NCBI GenBank assembly: GCA_045124875.1
Contig: JBGVMR010000045.1
Coordinates: 75,136 to 139,135, forward strand
Reading direction: 5' to 3'
DNA length: 64,000 nt
From: Akkermansia sp.
GTDB taxonomy: Bacteria; Verrucomicrobiota; Verrucomicrobiia; Verrucomicrobiales; Akkermansiaceae
A model generated the notes under the pieces. It made no database searches and had not been told where the DNA came from. It was given only the letters and a program-made list of their open reading frames with translations. The position numbers and the translations under genes are program-made. The first letter of the stretch is position 1. Each line of letters starts with the position of its first letter. Shown piece after piece: positions 1 to 10,326 of this stretch.

Positions 1-774
1 GTTAGCAAGGGCGATGATGATTTGCCCTTTGACCTGAAGCATTGTCTCAAGATTGGCGGGGTAAGCTGTTGCAATAGCCTCATTGATGATGGGCAGGGCT
101 TTTTCGGGGTCGCCGTTGGTTGCTCTGAGCTTCTTTTCCAACTCTTCCATTTGGGCCGTTGCCTTGGCCATATCCTTCATGCCGGTTACATCGTTAACGT
201 CTGCATCGGCAATTACCTGCATCATGACTGCGTTGGCAATCTTGAGGTCGGGGGCGAGGGATGCGTGTACCTCCGCGAGTTTCAATGCCTTTTCAGAACC
301 CTCAAGCTTTTCTGCTTCTTTTACTTTGGCTGCGTTTTCCTTAGCCTTGTTGAGAGAGTCTTGAACACGAGCCATGTTGGCGCCACCGACAAAACCGCCG
401 ATGATGTAGCCCTCAGGGGACATAATCATGATGGTGGGGAAACCGCTGATCTTATATTGCTCGCACAATTGGCGGTTCTTGTTGTAAAGCTCTTGACCTA
501 TACGATTTACATCGCTGGGTACGTCAATCTCCACGAATACGAAATCATCTTTGGCGAAGCTTTCGAAAGCCGGCGTGTCAAACACGTTCTTCTTGAGCTG
601 AATGCAGTAGCCGCACCAGTCAGACCCGGTGAAGTCTACCAAAACGGACTTGCCCTCAGCTGCTGCGCGTGTTCTGGCAGCATCCAAGTCTGTCGTCCAC
701 TCAATAGCGGCGAATGCCGGTGCCACAGCGGCAGCCAGCCCGGTCATGTACAGTATGTTCTTGAACATGTTCAT
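1..774 (-). CDS. Thioredoxin-family protein with signal peptide, running off the window start
   Basis: Not in the ORF track. Manual translation of the minus strand from ATG 774 gives MNMFKNILYMTGLAAAVAPAFAAIEWTTDLDAA...VDFTGSDWCGYC, open to position 1. Paralog of 841..1794. Confidence 0.9.
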   Translation of the reverse strand, partial: MNMFKNILYMTGLAAAVAPAFAAIEWTTDLDAARTRAAAEGKSVLVDFTGSDWCGYCIQLKKNVFDTPAFESFAKDDFVFVEIDVPSDVNRIGQELYNKNRQLCEQYKISGFPTIMIMSPEGYIIGGFVGGANMARVQDSLNKAKENAAKVKEAEKLEGSEKALKLAEVHASLAPDLKIANAVMMQVIADADVNDVTGMKDMAKATAQMEELEKKLRATNGDPEKALPIINEAIATAYPANLETMLQVKGQIIIALAN

Positions 775-840
775 ATTATACGTATTGTTTAGTTTGTCTG
801 CAAGCCTAATGTGTACACATGACACATGGCATGCAGTTGC

Positions 841-1794
841 TTATTTTGATTGTTGTTTGATTTTAAGGTCTTTGAGTACGGCTGCGGGGGCTGAGAACAT
901 GCTTTCTATTTCTCGGTGCAGAGCAGCGGCGTCTGCCGCATCCGAGAATTCTGCCATCAGAAGCATAATCGCTTTTATCTCCAGCACGTCTTCCTCACTC
1001 TGTGCCTGCATTACCAGATTGTTGAGGGATTGCTCCAAGTACCTCATACGCATGCCTCGTATGGTATCAGCGCACTGAGGTGAGGCTTCTGCCAAGGCGG
1101 CTTCAAATTCTTGGAGTACTTGGTCCCTATTGCTCCCGGCTGCCGTAATCTGTTGTTTTAAATGCTCGATGAGTTCCGTCTCTCTGATTTCGGTGTGTAT
1201 GCCGGTAGTGTTATTCGGGTCATAAAGTGCAATCTCGTCTCTCAGATTTCGGAAATAGGGCTTAAGGTCCGGGTGAAGAGAGGTATATACTGCCATCAGC
1301 GCCGTTGCTCGTGCTTCGCCATCAAGCTTTCTTGCTGCTGCTGTTTTGGCTTGGTTTGTTAAGGCCTGGTTCAGGGGGGCAATAACGTATTGTATGTCAT
1401 CTCTTCCGCCGATGAATCCACCCAGCACTGTGCCATCGGCATCCAATACCAATATGGTGGGGTAGGATGAAATGCCGTATCGGGCGGCCAGCTCTCGGTT
1501 GCGGGTATGCAGCGCTGCTCCGATTTTATTCACATTTTTTGGTATGTCTACCTCCAGCAACACGAATTTATCTTTTGCGTATTCTTGAAAGGCCGGTGTG
1601 TCAAGAATCGTGCTGCGCAAGCGTACGCACCATCCGCACCAGTCGGACCCGGTGAAGTCTACCAATATGGCTTTTCCCTCTTTTTTGGCTTTAGCTTTAG
1701 CCGCTTCCAAATCAGTCAGCCATTCTGCGCCTTGTAGCGGGGTGGCCATCACGATGGTGGCTATTGCAGCTGTGGTATATAATACGCGTTGCAT
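841..1794 (-). CDS. Thioredoxin-family protein (DsbD/thioredoxin_7-like) with helical C-terminus
   Basis: Signal peptide, then WLTDLEAA...VDFTGSDWCGWC and YPTILVLD. Confidence 0.9.
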   Translation of the reverse strand: MQRVLYTTAAIATIVMATPLQGAEWLTDLEAAKAKAKKEGKAILVDFTGSDWCGWCVRLRSTILDTPAFQEYAKDKFVLLEVDIPKNVNKIGAALHTRNRELAARYGISSYPTILVLDADGTVLGGFIGGRDDIQYVIAPLNQALTNQAKTAAARKLDGEARATALMAVYTSLHPDLKPYFRNLRDEIALYDPNNTTGIHTEIRETELIEHLKQQITAAGSNRDQVLQEFEAALAEASPQCADTIRGMRMRYLEQSLNNLVMQAQSEEDVLEIKAIMLLMAEFSDAADAAALHREIESMFSAPAAVLKDLKIKQQSK

Positions 1795-1843
1795 TTTTTT
1801 ATTAGTGAATTTACATACTGCAGGGCAGTATTATGTTAAATTG

Positions 1844-1881
1844 AAAAAACAGGCAAGGCAACATATGCCGCCTTGCCTGTT
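1844..1881 (-). terminator. Intrinsic terminator after fucO
   Basis: 12-bp stem aacaggcaaggc/gccttgcctgtt with an adjacent A-run (U-tract on the minus strand). Confidence 0.75.
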
Positions 1882-1906
1882 GAAAGAATGTTGTCAAGAC
1901 GGAGAT

Positions 1907-3067
1907 TTATTTGCCGAAGGCTGTCTTGTATACAGCCAACACCTCTTCCCAAGTGCAGGGACGGGGGTTGCCACCGGTGCAAACATCGGCCATAGCGGCA
2001 TCGGTAAGAGCCTCCAAGTCTTCCTCCTTCACCCCGATTTCTGCAAGGGTCTGGGGAATCTTAACATCGATGGAGAGCTGCTTAACGGCCTCAACAGCTG
2101 CCTTGCGGTACTCTTCCTGGCTCATGGCGTCTACGCCTTGCACACCCATGGCGCGGGCAATCTCGCGGTACTTCTCGCCGGTGTATTCGGCATTGTACTC
2201 CATGACGTAGGGCAGCAATACTGCGTTGGCAACGCCGTGGGGGGTGTTGTAGAAAGCGCTCAGCGGGTGAGCCATACCATGTACCACGCCCAAACCTACG
2301 TTAGAGAATGCCATGCCGGTCATGTATTGACCCAGTGCCATGCCTTCGCGGCCATCGGGGTCGTTCTCCACAGCTGCGCGCAGGCTCTTGGCGATAAGCT
2401 CAACGGCTTTGATGTTGAGGGTGTCGGCAAGCTCCCAAGCTGCAAGGGTGGTATAACCTTCAATGGCGTGGGTAAGGGCATCCATGCCGGTTGCTGCGGT
2501 AAGCCCCTTGGGCATAGAGGACATCATGTCGGGGTCTACCACGGCTACTACGGGGATATCGTGCGGGTCTACGCAAACAAACTTGCGGCGCTTGGCCTCA
2601 TCTGTAATAACGTAGTTAATGGTGGTTTCTGCTGCAGTGCCGGCTGTGGTGGCTACTGCGATAACGGGTACGCACTTGTTCTTGGTGGGAGCCAAGCCCT
2701 CCAGAGAAACCACATCGGCGAACTCGGGGTTGTTGATGATGATGCCGATAGCCTTGGCGGTATCTTGCGGGGAGCCACCACCGATTGCAATCATGTAGTC
2801 TGCACCGGCAGACTTAAAGGCTTCTACACCGGCTTCTACAACGGCTACGCTCGGGTTGGCTTTTACCTTGTCATAAATCTCATAGGCGCAGCCGGCGGCA
2901 TCCAATAGGTCTGTCACCTTTGCAACTACTCCAAATTTTACCAAATCGGCATCTGTTACTACCAGAGCCTTGGAAAAACCGCGGGATTTTACCTCCGTTA
3001 CAATCTCTTTCACGGCGCCATGGCCGTGATAACTTGTCTCATTCAGAATAAAGCGTTTTGCTGACAT
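1907..3067 (-). CDS. fucO: Lactaldehyde reductase (Fe-containing alcohol dehydrogenase)
   Basis: RFILNETSYHG N-terminus, GGGSPQD, DALTHAIEGY, GLGVVHGMAH and HGVANA motifs. Confidence 0.9.
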   Translation of the reverse strand: MSAKRFILNETSYHGHGAVKEIVTEVKSRGFSKALVVTDADLVKFGVVAKVTDLLDAAGCAYEIYDKVKANPSVAVVEAGVEAFKSAGADYMIAIGGGSPQDTAKAIGIIINNPEFADVVSLEGLAPTKNKCVPVIAVATTAGTAAETTINYVITDEAKRRKFVCVDPHDIPVVAVVDPDMMSSMPKGLTAATGMDALTHAIEGYTTLAAWELADTLNIKAVELIAKSLRAAVENDPDGREGMALGQYMTGMAFSNVGLGVVHGMAHPLSAFYNTPHGVANAVLLPYVMEYNAEYTGEKYREIARAMGVQGVDAMSQEEYRKAAVEAVKQLSIDVKIPQTLAEIGVKEEDLEALTDAAMADVCTGGNPRPCTWEEVLAVYKTAFGK

Positions 3068-3174
3068 GTCTGCATTCTACCAAATTATGTGGTGTTTACA
3101 AGCAAAAATTAATATGCTGTGCAGGATTGTGGAAAGAAAGTTTCACAATGCCTCCCGTTTGTCATGGAGGGCGG

Positions 3175-4614
3175 TTAGTTTGCCGTGTTAGCCTCTTCAA
3201 TTTCCGGCACGGTAACGGGAAGAGAATTTAAAGGAAGCGTGGGGGCTTGCGGTAGCGCTTCTTCCTGCTTTTCGTAAGCTTGCACGTTGTAATGGCGTTC
3301 CAACAGTAGCTCGGTATGCTCACCCATGGAGCCGGCCGGGGAGAAGTGTACTTCTGCCGTTATTTCGAAATAGCGGTGCGATTCTCCCAAACTGATGGCA
3401 AAAAACGGGGCGTTCTCATCAAATACATTGGCATGGGCATTTGTGCGGCGGCTTCCGTCTTTGTCATGCAGGGCAAGCGGGATATCGTGCCTGAATAATT
3501 GCTCTTTATTTGAAGAGTAGCGCGCAGCATGCGAAAATATTTGCAGCGGTTGTTTTGTGGCGCGGTCTCTTATGACCAACATGATGGTTCCTTCTCTGCC
3601 GGGGTTTGCATAAATCTCTGCTTGGTAAATCCCGAATTGGGAGCTGGGTTCTGCCAGTAAGAGCTTGGGTTCTGAGCCGTATATGTATTCATTGCTTCGC
3701 ACCAGCTCTTGTATGCGTTGTGGGGTTGGTTCGCTTACCAATGGGGCAAATTGAGTATCAATTTCTCTGATGGCAGCGTTGATTGAGGCAAAGGCTTTTG
3801 CTCTGTTACTGGCGCCTCGCCATGCCAGCAAGAGATAGCGTTTGCCTCCCAAATCCAATGCCAAATCGGGTATCTGCGTTTTGTCTTCTTCTACCGGGGG
3901 CGGGATGGGGGCGCCCGGCTCAATCAGTAAGTAGCCGTCGGGCAGAGCCTCTCCGGCAGCAACGGTACGAAATGCCACGTGCACCGTGCCGGGAATCCCG
4001 CCACTTGTGGGTGCTACCAGTACAACATGCCCGGGTTTGCTGTAAAATGTATCATCTGCCGCTGTGTGTGCCCATTTGGGGGCGGTTGCCAGATATTGCT
4101 CAAAGATTTCGGGGTGCTCTTTTTCCAGCGCTAACAGATTAGGCGCCGCTTGTATGGTCGGGCTTTGTTCATCTGATTCTGTAAGCGTGAGCATTGTACA
4201 AAGGGCTGATGGCCCCATCAATTGGTCCGCGGCTTCGTGTACAATGCCTTTTTTTTCACTTTTACGGGTAACTTCTACCGGGTAGGGGGGCGGTATGTCT
4301 GCCTCTATGGCGAGCTGCATAAAAATGAGAGCCCCTGCGCCCCATACCGTCAGATAGGCACCTATTTGCCCTATTGCACGCAGGTTGCGCATTTTTAAAA
4401 AGAAAAGTACGGAACTATAGATTACCTGCGTGCATGAGAGAACAAAGCTTAATAAAATAAACCAACCGCAAATACTGCGTATGGTATGGTGCGTCTCTTC
4501 CTGTGCACTTAACGGGAATAAAATGGGCAGGCACGCCACAAGGGCTGTGGCGCAGAGTATACAACTCATTTTCCACGGCGCGAGTAGCCATTTGAAGGTA
4601 AACTTGCGGAGCAT
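3175..4614 (-). CDS. Hypothetical membrane-anchored protein
   Basis: 479-aa ORF with N-terminal hydrophobic segments; 9-bp gap to the upstream gene, so probably co-transcribed. Confidence 0.7.
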   Translation of the reverse strand: MLRKFTFKWLLAPWKMSCILCATALVACLPILFPLSAQEETHHTIRSICGWFILLSFVLSCTQVIYSSVLFFLKMRNLRAIGQIGAYLTVWGAGALIFMQLAIEADIPPPYPVEVTRKSEKKGIVHEAADQLMGPSALCTMLTLTESDEQSPTIQAAPNLLALEKEHPEIFEQYLATAPKWAHTAADDTFYSKPGHVVLVAPTSGGIPGTVHVAFRTVAAGEALPDGYLLIEPGAPIPPPVEEDKTQIPDLALDLGGKRYLLLAWRGASNRAKAFASINAAIREIDTQFAPLVSEPTPQRIQELVRSNEYIYGSEPKLLLAEPSSQFGIYQAEIYANPGREGTIMLVIRDRATKQPLQIFSHAARYSSNKEQLFRHDIPLALHDKDGSRRTNAHANVFDENAPFFAISLGESHRYFEITAEVHFSPAGSMGEHTELLLERHYNVQAYEKQEEALPQAPTLPLNSLPVTVPEIEEANTAN

Positions 4615-4623
4615 GTTTCCGTT

Positions 4624-6021
4624 TTACTGATGCGTGTTTTTGATGCGGAAATGCTCCGGATGTTCCAATATAAACCGAGAAATCGTGGCCCCCGGAGCGG
4701 GCGAAACCAATTCTCTGTACCGTCTGAACGCCGTTTGGTGTACAAAAGGTTCTTGGCTTAATTCTCCATTTACCAACAACATGGATATTGTATCTGCGTA
4801 TGGAGTAAGCCCCATATCCCGATAATGTTTCTCTACGCGAATCAACATGGCGGCACTGACGCCACTTAAGTCTGCGCGCCTCATGGCTGCATCTACCTTT
4901 GCGCATTCGTATGCTTTACGCACCGGTTCGGGGAGCTTCTTGGTTTCGGGGCCAGCGGGGGCTATGTTGAATGCTTCTTCTAACTCGTCCGGGGCGAGCA
5001 GGTTGTTTTGTCGTAACAGAATTTTGTAGGCGTGGTATGCCAACTCCGGGTCGCGGCTGGTGGCGTATTCTCTTATCAAAGGCATAACCCCTTGCTCATC
5101 TTGTTGCTCCAGCATCTCCAGTATCAGTATCATGGGGCGTGCAGAGTTGCACGATATCATGTCTTCTCCCTCTTTCGGTAAGAGCGTTTGCAGTTTTTTG
5201 AGCGCGCTTCGTAATTTGTCTGCATCTATTTGCCAGTTGAGGTCATGCAGGGCTTGTAGTATGGTTAAGGGGATGTCTTCTATAAAGTGCTCGCTGTGTT
5301 CCCAGTATACCATGTTAGCAACGTAGGCTTGGGCTCTTTCACTATCTGCCAAGCGCATGAATGCCAAGCATGTTTTGGGGGCTCCTTGCGGTATCCGCTC
5401 AATGGACTCACTCTCAAGATAGGTGGTTAACTTTGCTTCCACTCTGTCATAGGCGGGGGCACAATATTTGCGACAGAGGTATTGTCTGCAAGCATCGTGC
5501 ATGGTCAAATCTGCTTGCCGGACTCGCAGTTTCATATAGCGAATCAATGCCAAAGTGTCGTATGGTATGCGTACGGCTAACTCTTTTGGGATAAGATTGT
5601 TCTGCTTCAGGCTATTTAAAAGCTCCGGCTTGCTTTGTAAGAAGAAAATAGTATTGCAGCCGGCGTGGTTTTCATGCAGTGCATTTGCTCCGTGGCTCAG
5701 CAGTAACTCAAATGTTTCATTAACTGCTTGTGCAAAGTGGTGGTCATGCAAGTAGCGGTAATCCTGTTCTATTGTTTTGCAGAGCAACAATAAAGGTGTA
5801 TCACCTGCCGTGTCTTCCGCATTCGGGTTCGCACCTTTATCCAACAATTCCGTGACGTGCTGCTTTGATTGGACTCCGTCAAAGTTTTCAATGACGGAGA
5901 GCAATTCGAAATCCAATTGCTGTTGGGCGCTCAGGGGGGTATTGGGCACGGTCGCCTCCGGACTGTTCCCTTGCGTCAGGGGGCAGAGTACAAAAAGAAG
6001 AGCTGTAACCGTGTTGCGCAT
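4624..6021 (-). CDS. Exported ankyrin-repeat protein
   Basis: Signal peptide; LLDKGANPNAEDTAGDTPLLLL and LLLSHGANA ankyrin motifs. Confidence 0.8.
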   Translation of the reverse strand: MRNTVTALLFVLCPLTQGNSPEATVPNTPLSAQQQLDFELLSVIENFDGVQSKQHVTELLDKGANPNAEDTAGDTPLLLLCKTIEQDYRYLHDHHFAQAVNETFELLLSHGANALHENHAGCNTIFFLQSKPELLNSLKQNNLIPKELAVRIPYDTLALIRYMKLRVRQADLTMHDACRQYLCRKYCAPAYDRVEAKLTTYLESESIERIPQGAPKTCLAFMRLADSERAQAYVANMVYWEHSEHFIEDIPLTILQALHDLNWQIDADKLRSALKKLQTLLPKEGEDMISCNSARPMILILEMLEQQDEQGVMPLIREYATSRDPELAYHAYKILLRQNNLLAPDELEEAFNIAPAGPETKKLPEPVRKAYECAKVDAAMRRADLSGVSAAMLIRVEKHYRDMGLTPYADTISMLLVNGELSQEPFVHQTAFRRYRELVSPAPGATISRFILEHPEHFRIKNTHQ

Positions 6022-6051
6022 GCCTCTATCCGTAGTTTATATTATCGTAGT

Positions 6052-7956
6052 TTATTTGTCAACATTACTTTGTTGAATAAGATTCAGGAAATCGTCTGCA
6101 TGTTGTAGAATATAGCGGGCTGTGGCAATTTCCAGCTCATAGCTCCAATCTTTTCCCAAAGCCTCGAGCTCATCCAGCTTTTCAGGGTTGTCCATATTGT
6201 CCGCGTATTCACCGTAGACAGTTATGGCCGACTCCGGGGCTCCGATAGTGCGCAGGGCTTGTATACACTCCGCTTTACGCTCAGCACTCAGGTTGCCGTA
6301 CCACATTTCATCCAGAGAGGTTGCTAAAAGCGCGGTGCGGATGGCGGGGGTATCTGCTTCTCTCCCGTGGGTAGCCAGCCAGCTTTTGACTGCGCCGTTG
6401 GTGCAGGGGGGTAATCCCATGTGTTGTAACTTGGCGCTCCATGCACCTGCTTGTATAGCAAGGTTAGGAGATTTGCACAGCTCCTCAACTATCTCCGTCG
6501 CTTGGGGGTCTCTCCCCAACAATTCGACAGCATGCGCCGCAAGGTCGCGGTCATTGATTAGTTCTGCCTGTCTTATTACTTGTAGAATCTTGTTGCGGTC
6601 TACACATACGCCCGGCACGTCTACCAGAATGTAGATGAGCGTTGCTGCCGTGGCATGTTGGCAAGTTGAGTGGTCGTGGTGAGGATTGTTGGGTGGAATT
6701 TGCCATAACGGGGAAGCGTTGATGACCTCTGCTGCATATGTCGGGTCAACGCGATACAGAATTTCAGCTGCGCTCAGTAGCGCCATGCTGAAACTGTCGT
6801 GTGCCATTTGCTCTTGCGTAGGGGAGAAAATAGACGCAATTTGTTGTAAGTAGGGGCGTGCTTCTTCTGCACCCATCTTGCGAATGCCTGCACGTGTTAA
6901 ATCATCAATCAACGCAATGCCTCCGCGTATTTCCATTGGCGGGGCTACCAACCGTAGCCCACGCTTTTCCAATGCTTCTAATACGCCGGGGCGGTTAGCC
7001 AGTATATCATAGGCACACAGCCCGGCGTGGGCAGATTCAGCGCCTGCTATTTTGGCAACATCTGCTCCTTTGCTGATGAGGTAGGCTATAAAGTCGAGCC
7101 ATTTATTGAGAAATTCCTCATCTTCTGCATAGCTTAAATGTGCCGCAGCTTCTTGTAAAATTGTGGACCCCTTGTATGTGGCATTGATATCTGCGCCTTT
7201 GCTCAGAAATAACTCTACCATGCGCATGTTTGTCAGCCCATCATAGTGGTCTTTGATAATATAGCCGGCACATACAATGCATGCTGCATCTTCCGCAGTA
7301 AGCATAGGCTTTGTTTTTAAAATGTCTTCCAGTACGTATGCCCACCCTCGCTCCATGACGAGTGCTATGTCCTCAGCCGTTACCGGGCCTGCATATTGCA
7401 ACAAATGGCGAGCAACGGCTTCGTGTTCACATGCGTACGCCGCAGTTTCCAGCAGCCCTCGGTCATAGTATATCACGCCCTTTGTGTCAGCCCCGCTTTG
7501 CACCAGCAAATCGACCAATTGTATAATCGTATCTGCCGTATAGCTATCATCTATGCCCGGGGTCAAAGCATACCCCAAGGGCGACCATGCTACCTCGCCG
7601 TATGCATCTCTTGTCCTCGCGTTCGGGTTGGCACCCTCTAATAACAAACAACGTGCTAATTCCGGTTTTTTGAATAAACAGGCCAAATGAAGCATGGTTA
7701 TTCCTCGCTCGGGGGTGGTATAGTGTACGTCCGCCGTTTGATCAAACCTCGTTATCAATTCTGTGATTTCATCTTCCCCGGCCAGCACTTCTTCCAGCTC
7801 TTCATCACTCTTAACGGCTTTGTAACCTGCCAGCACTTCTTCATATTGAGCCGCAGCTTCGGGAGTTGCCTTCCCGAATTGCTTTTCCCCGCAGGCAGAC
7901 AATAACATGATGCCGCCGAAAAGGATGATTCCGTTTTTTATGAGCCTGTGCTTCAT
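6052..7956 (-). CDS. Ankyrin-repeat lipoprotein
   Basis: Lipobox LSAC; GITMLHLAC, LLLEGANPNA and FLSKGADINATYKGSTILQEAA ankyrin repeats. Confidence 0.85.
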   Translation of the reverse strand: MKHRLIKNGIILFGGIMLLSACGEKQFGKATPEAAAQYEEVLAGYKAVKSDEELEEVLAGEDEITELITRFDQTADVHYTTPERGITMLHLACLFKKPELARCLLLEGANPNARTRDAYGEVAWSPLGYALTPGIDDSYTADTIIQLVDLLVQSGADTKGVIYYDRGLLETAAYACEHEAVARHLLQYAGPVTAEDIALVMERGWAYVLEDILKTKPMLTAEDAACIVCAGYIIKDHYDGLTNMRMVELFLSKGADINATYKGSTILQEAAAHLSYAEDEEFLNKWLDFIAYLISKGADVAKIAGAESAHAGLCAYDILANRPGVLEALEKRGLRLVAPPMEIRGGIALIDDLTRAGIRKMGAEEARPYLQQIASIFSPTQEQMAHDSFSMALLSAAEILYRVDPTYAAEVINASPLWQIPPNNPHHDHSTCQHATAATLIYILVDVPGVCVDRNKILQVIRQAELINDRDLAAHAVELLGRDPQATEIVEELCKSPNLAIQAGAWSAKLQHMGLPPCTNGAVKSWLATHGREADTPAIRTALLATSLDEMWYGNLSAERKAECIQALRTIGAPESAITVYGEYADNMDNPEKLDELEALGKDWSYELEIATARYILQHADDFLNLIQQSNVDK

Positions 7957-8098
7957 CTGTAAAACTATGATAGCATATTAAGAACACCCAACGCAAGATA
8001 AATTGCCAATCCGGTTATTTTCTTGATTATAGCGGTGCTTTTTTCCTTGCGTGAGCTGAGGGTATTTGATATTCTATCAACATAATCGGTTATTAAGC

Positions 8099-9829
8099 AT
8101 GTTGGAAGCCCGTAATATCTGTTTGGAAGTTGATGCAGGGGAGGAGCCTCTCTTCTTGCTCAACGATGTGAGTTTTTGTATCCCGCGTGGCCATTTTATG
8201 GCCATTGTGGGACCCAGTGGTTGTGGTAAGACTACTCTGCTTAAGGCAATTGCCGGCATTAAATCAATAACCGCCGGCTCCTTTTATTGGGAGGGGCGAG
8301 ATTTGATGGAGGATGGCGATTTCGAGCCCCACGAGATTGGCTATGTGCCGCAGTTCAGCATTGCTTACGATGAGTTGACGGTAGATGAGAGTATTGAACA
8401 TTCTGCCCGCTTGCGTGTCAGGGCCGATGAAGATGAACTCAATGACATCATTGATAATGTTTTGGCAGAAACCGGGTTGACAGATATTGCTGATCGCCAA
8501 GTGAAATTGCTTTCCGGTGGTCAAAAACGCCGCTTGGCATTGGCTATGGAGCTTGTGAGCGGGCCTCGCATCTTGCTGTGCGATGAGGTTACCAGTGGGC
8601 TAGACCCCCGCTCCGAGCGAGAAATCGTTGAGCTGTTGCATGAATTGAGCATGAAGGACGGGCGCATCGTTATCTCCGTTACTCATAGCTTGGCGCAGAT
8701 GGAACTTTACGATAGTATCATGGTGATGCACAGGGGCAATCTTGCTTTCCACGGTACGCCCAATGTAATGTGCCACTATTTCTCCGTATCCAACTTTGAA
8801 GAGGTGTATCCCCAGCTCAGCTGCCGCGAGCCTCGGGATTGGAATAACAGTTGGATGAAACACCGTGTAGATTACTACAAACGTCTCGAAAAAGAACACT
8901 TGCAGAAGTTTATGCAACGCGGTGAAACTCCCCCGCCGCCTTGCCCTCGTAATGACGAAGAACAAGGAAATAAACCCTTGCCCGGGTTCTTCTCTCAATT
9001 AACCACCTTATTGGGGCGCAGGTTCAGCATCTTTTTCCGCGACCGCGGGCAGCTTACCCTGCAAATCGCCATGATTCTTATCTTCCCCATCATGGTGGCT
9101 TGTTTTACCGACCAAGGATGGCAAACGTTACTTAACCTGAATGGTGCGGAAACTCAAAACATGATGGAAGGGGTAGAGAACATGAAGAATCTTGCCAATC
9201 AAAATGCATTGGTCGGTTCTGCTATTTCCGGCATCATCATGTTCCAAGTGATATTGCTGGGCTTGATGGGCTCCAACAATTCTGCCCGCGAGGTGGCAGG
9301 CGAGCGCCTCATCATGGAAAAAGAGAAGTTTGCCGGCGTTGGTACAATGGCCTATGTGTTATCAAAGGTGCTGTTCTTGAGTATTTTGGTGTTGGTTCAA
9401 AGTATCTGGATGTTTGGCTTTGTGCATTACTTCTGGGGCTTCAAGGGCGAAATTATGAATCACCTACTGTTCTTGTTGTTAGCCAATGCCGCCATGACCA
9501 GCGTGTGCCTCGGTATTTCTGCCAACTCCAAAACACCGGACCAAGCTTCTCTTCTCAGTATCTATTTGGTGGGCTTCCAATTGCCCCTCAGCGGTGCCGT
9601 GTTGGCACTCAATGATACGTTAGCTTCTATAACGCAACCCTTCATTTCTGCCTATTGGGCTTGGAGCGGTAGCCTTTCCGGGGTGGAAAATACGTATCGT
9701 GACGTAGTTGACAACATTGTAAGAACTGATTTTGCTGCATACGACTTATGTTTGATTGTGCTCGGTGCCCATATTCTGTTGGGTATCGTACTCACTTACA
9801 TAGGTGTGCGCAGGACTTGTTGGGAATAA
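8099..9829 (+). CDS. ABC transporter, fused ATPase plus ABC-2 permease (ABCG-like half transporter)
   Basis: Walker A GPSGCGKT, signature LSGGQ, Walker B LLCDE, H-loop VTH, C-terminal TM helices. ATG 8099 preferred over the track start 8066. Confidence 0.9.
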   Translation: MLEARNICLEVDAGEEPLFLLNDVSFCIPRGHFMAIVGPSGCGKTTLLKAIAGIKSITAGSFYWEGRDLMEDGDFEPHEIGYVPQFSIAYDELTVDESIEHSARLRVRADEDELNDIIDNVLAETGLTDIADRQVKLLSGGQKRRLALAMELVSGPRILLCDEVTSGLDPRSEREIVELLHELSMKDGRIVISVTHSLAQMELYDSIMVMHRGNLAFHGTPNVMCHYFSVSNFEEVYPQLSCREPRDWNNSWMKHRVDYYKRLEKEHLQKFMQRGETPPPPCPRNDEEQGNKPLPGFFSQLTTLLGRRFSIFFRDRGQLTLQIAMILIFPIMVACFTDQGWQTLLNLNGAETQNMMEGVENMKNLANQNALVGSAISGIIMFQVILLGLMGSNNSAREVAGERLIMEKEKFAGVGTMAYVLSKVLFLSILVLVQSIWMFGFVHYFWGFKGEIMNHLLFLLLANAAMTSVCLGISANSKTPDQASLLSIYLVGFQLPLSGAVLALNDTLASITQPFISAYWAWSGSLSGVENTYRDVVDNIVRTDFAAYDLCLIVLGAHILLGIVLTYIGVRRTCWE

Positions 9830-9849
9830 TTTAATCATTCAATAATTTT

Positions 9850-10326
9850 ATGGCAAGAGCTAAAAGAAACAGAGGAAAATCTCGGGATAATTACCCGCTC
9901 ATCATTATATGCGCGTCCTTGGCGTTGGTCGTTGTAGGCGCCGTTCTCTTTAAAAACGCTTCATCCGATGCAAATGAACAAGTAGATAATTTTTCTGCTA
10001 CTCCGTCATCACAAAATGGGGGAAGCGGTTCCGGCAATTCTGCCGCAGACCAATATCTTAAACGCGGGTCATCGGCAGTGGGTAACCACTTCAAAATAGC
10101 TGCCTCCGTGTTGGAGGTAGACTCTCACGGTGGAAGTCGTGTTTTTAAAGTGCGTACCCAAGATAATAAATGCTTAGGTTTATTTGTGCCTGCCGGTACA
10201 AAGTTGGATGCCAACGTGCGCGCCGGCATGGAGTACATATTTGAGGTAGAGGGCCGCAACGGGACCAAGCCCGATGGCTCTTCTGTGAAAGGCATTTTGG
10301 TTGTCACTCAAGCAAAAGCAAAATAA
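9850..10326 (+). CDS. Hypothetical single-TM protein
   Basis: Basic N-terminus, one TM helix, Ser/Gly linker and beta-rich C-terminus; stop overlaps the next start (TAATG). Confidence 0.7.
   Translation: MARAKRNRGKSRDNYPLIIICASLALVVVGAVLFKNASSDANEQVDNFSATPSSQNGGSGSGNSAADQYLKRGSSAVGNHFKIAASVLEVDSHGGSRVFKVRTQDNKCLGLFVPAGTKLDANVRAGMEYIFEVEGRNGTKPDGSSVKGILVVTQAKAK

Noticed and set aside
22-792. 256-aa plus-strand ORF
   Set aside because: Antisense shadow of the minus-strand thioredoxin gene.
1598-2908. 436-aa plus-strand ORF
   Set aside because: Antisense shadow of fucO with no motifs.
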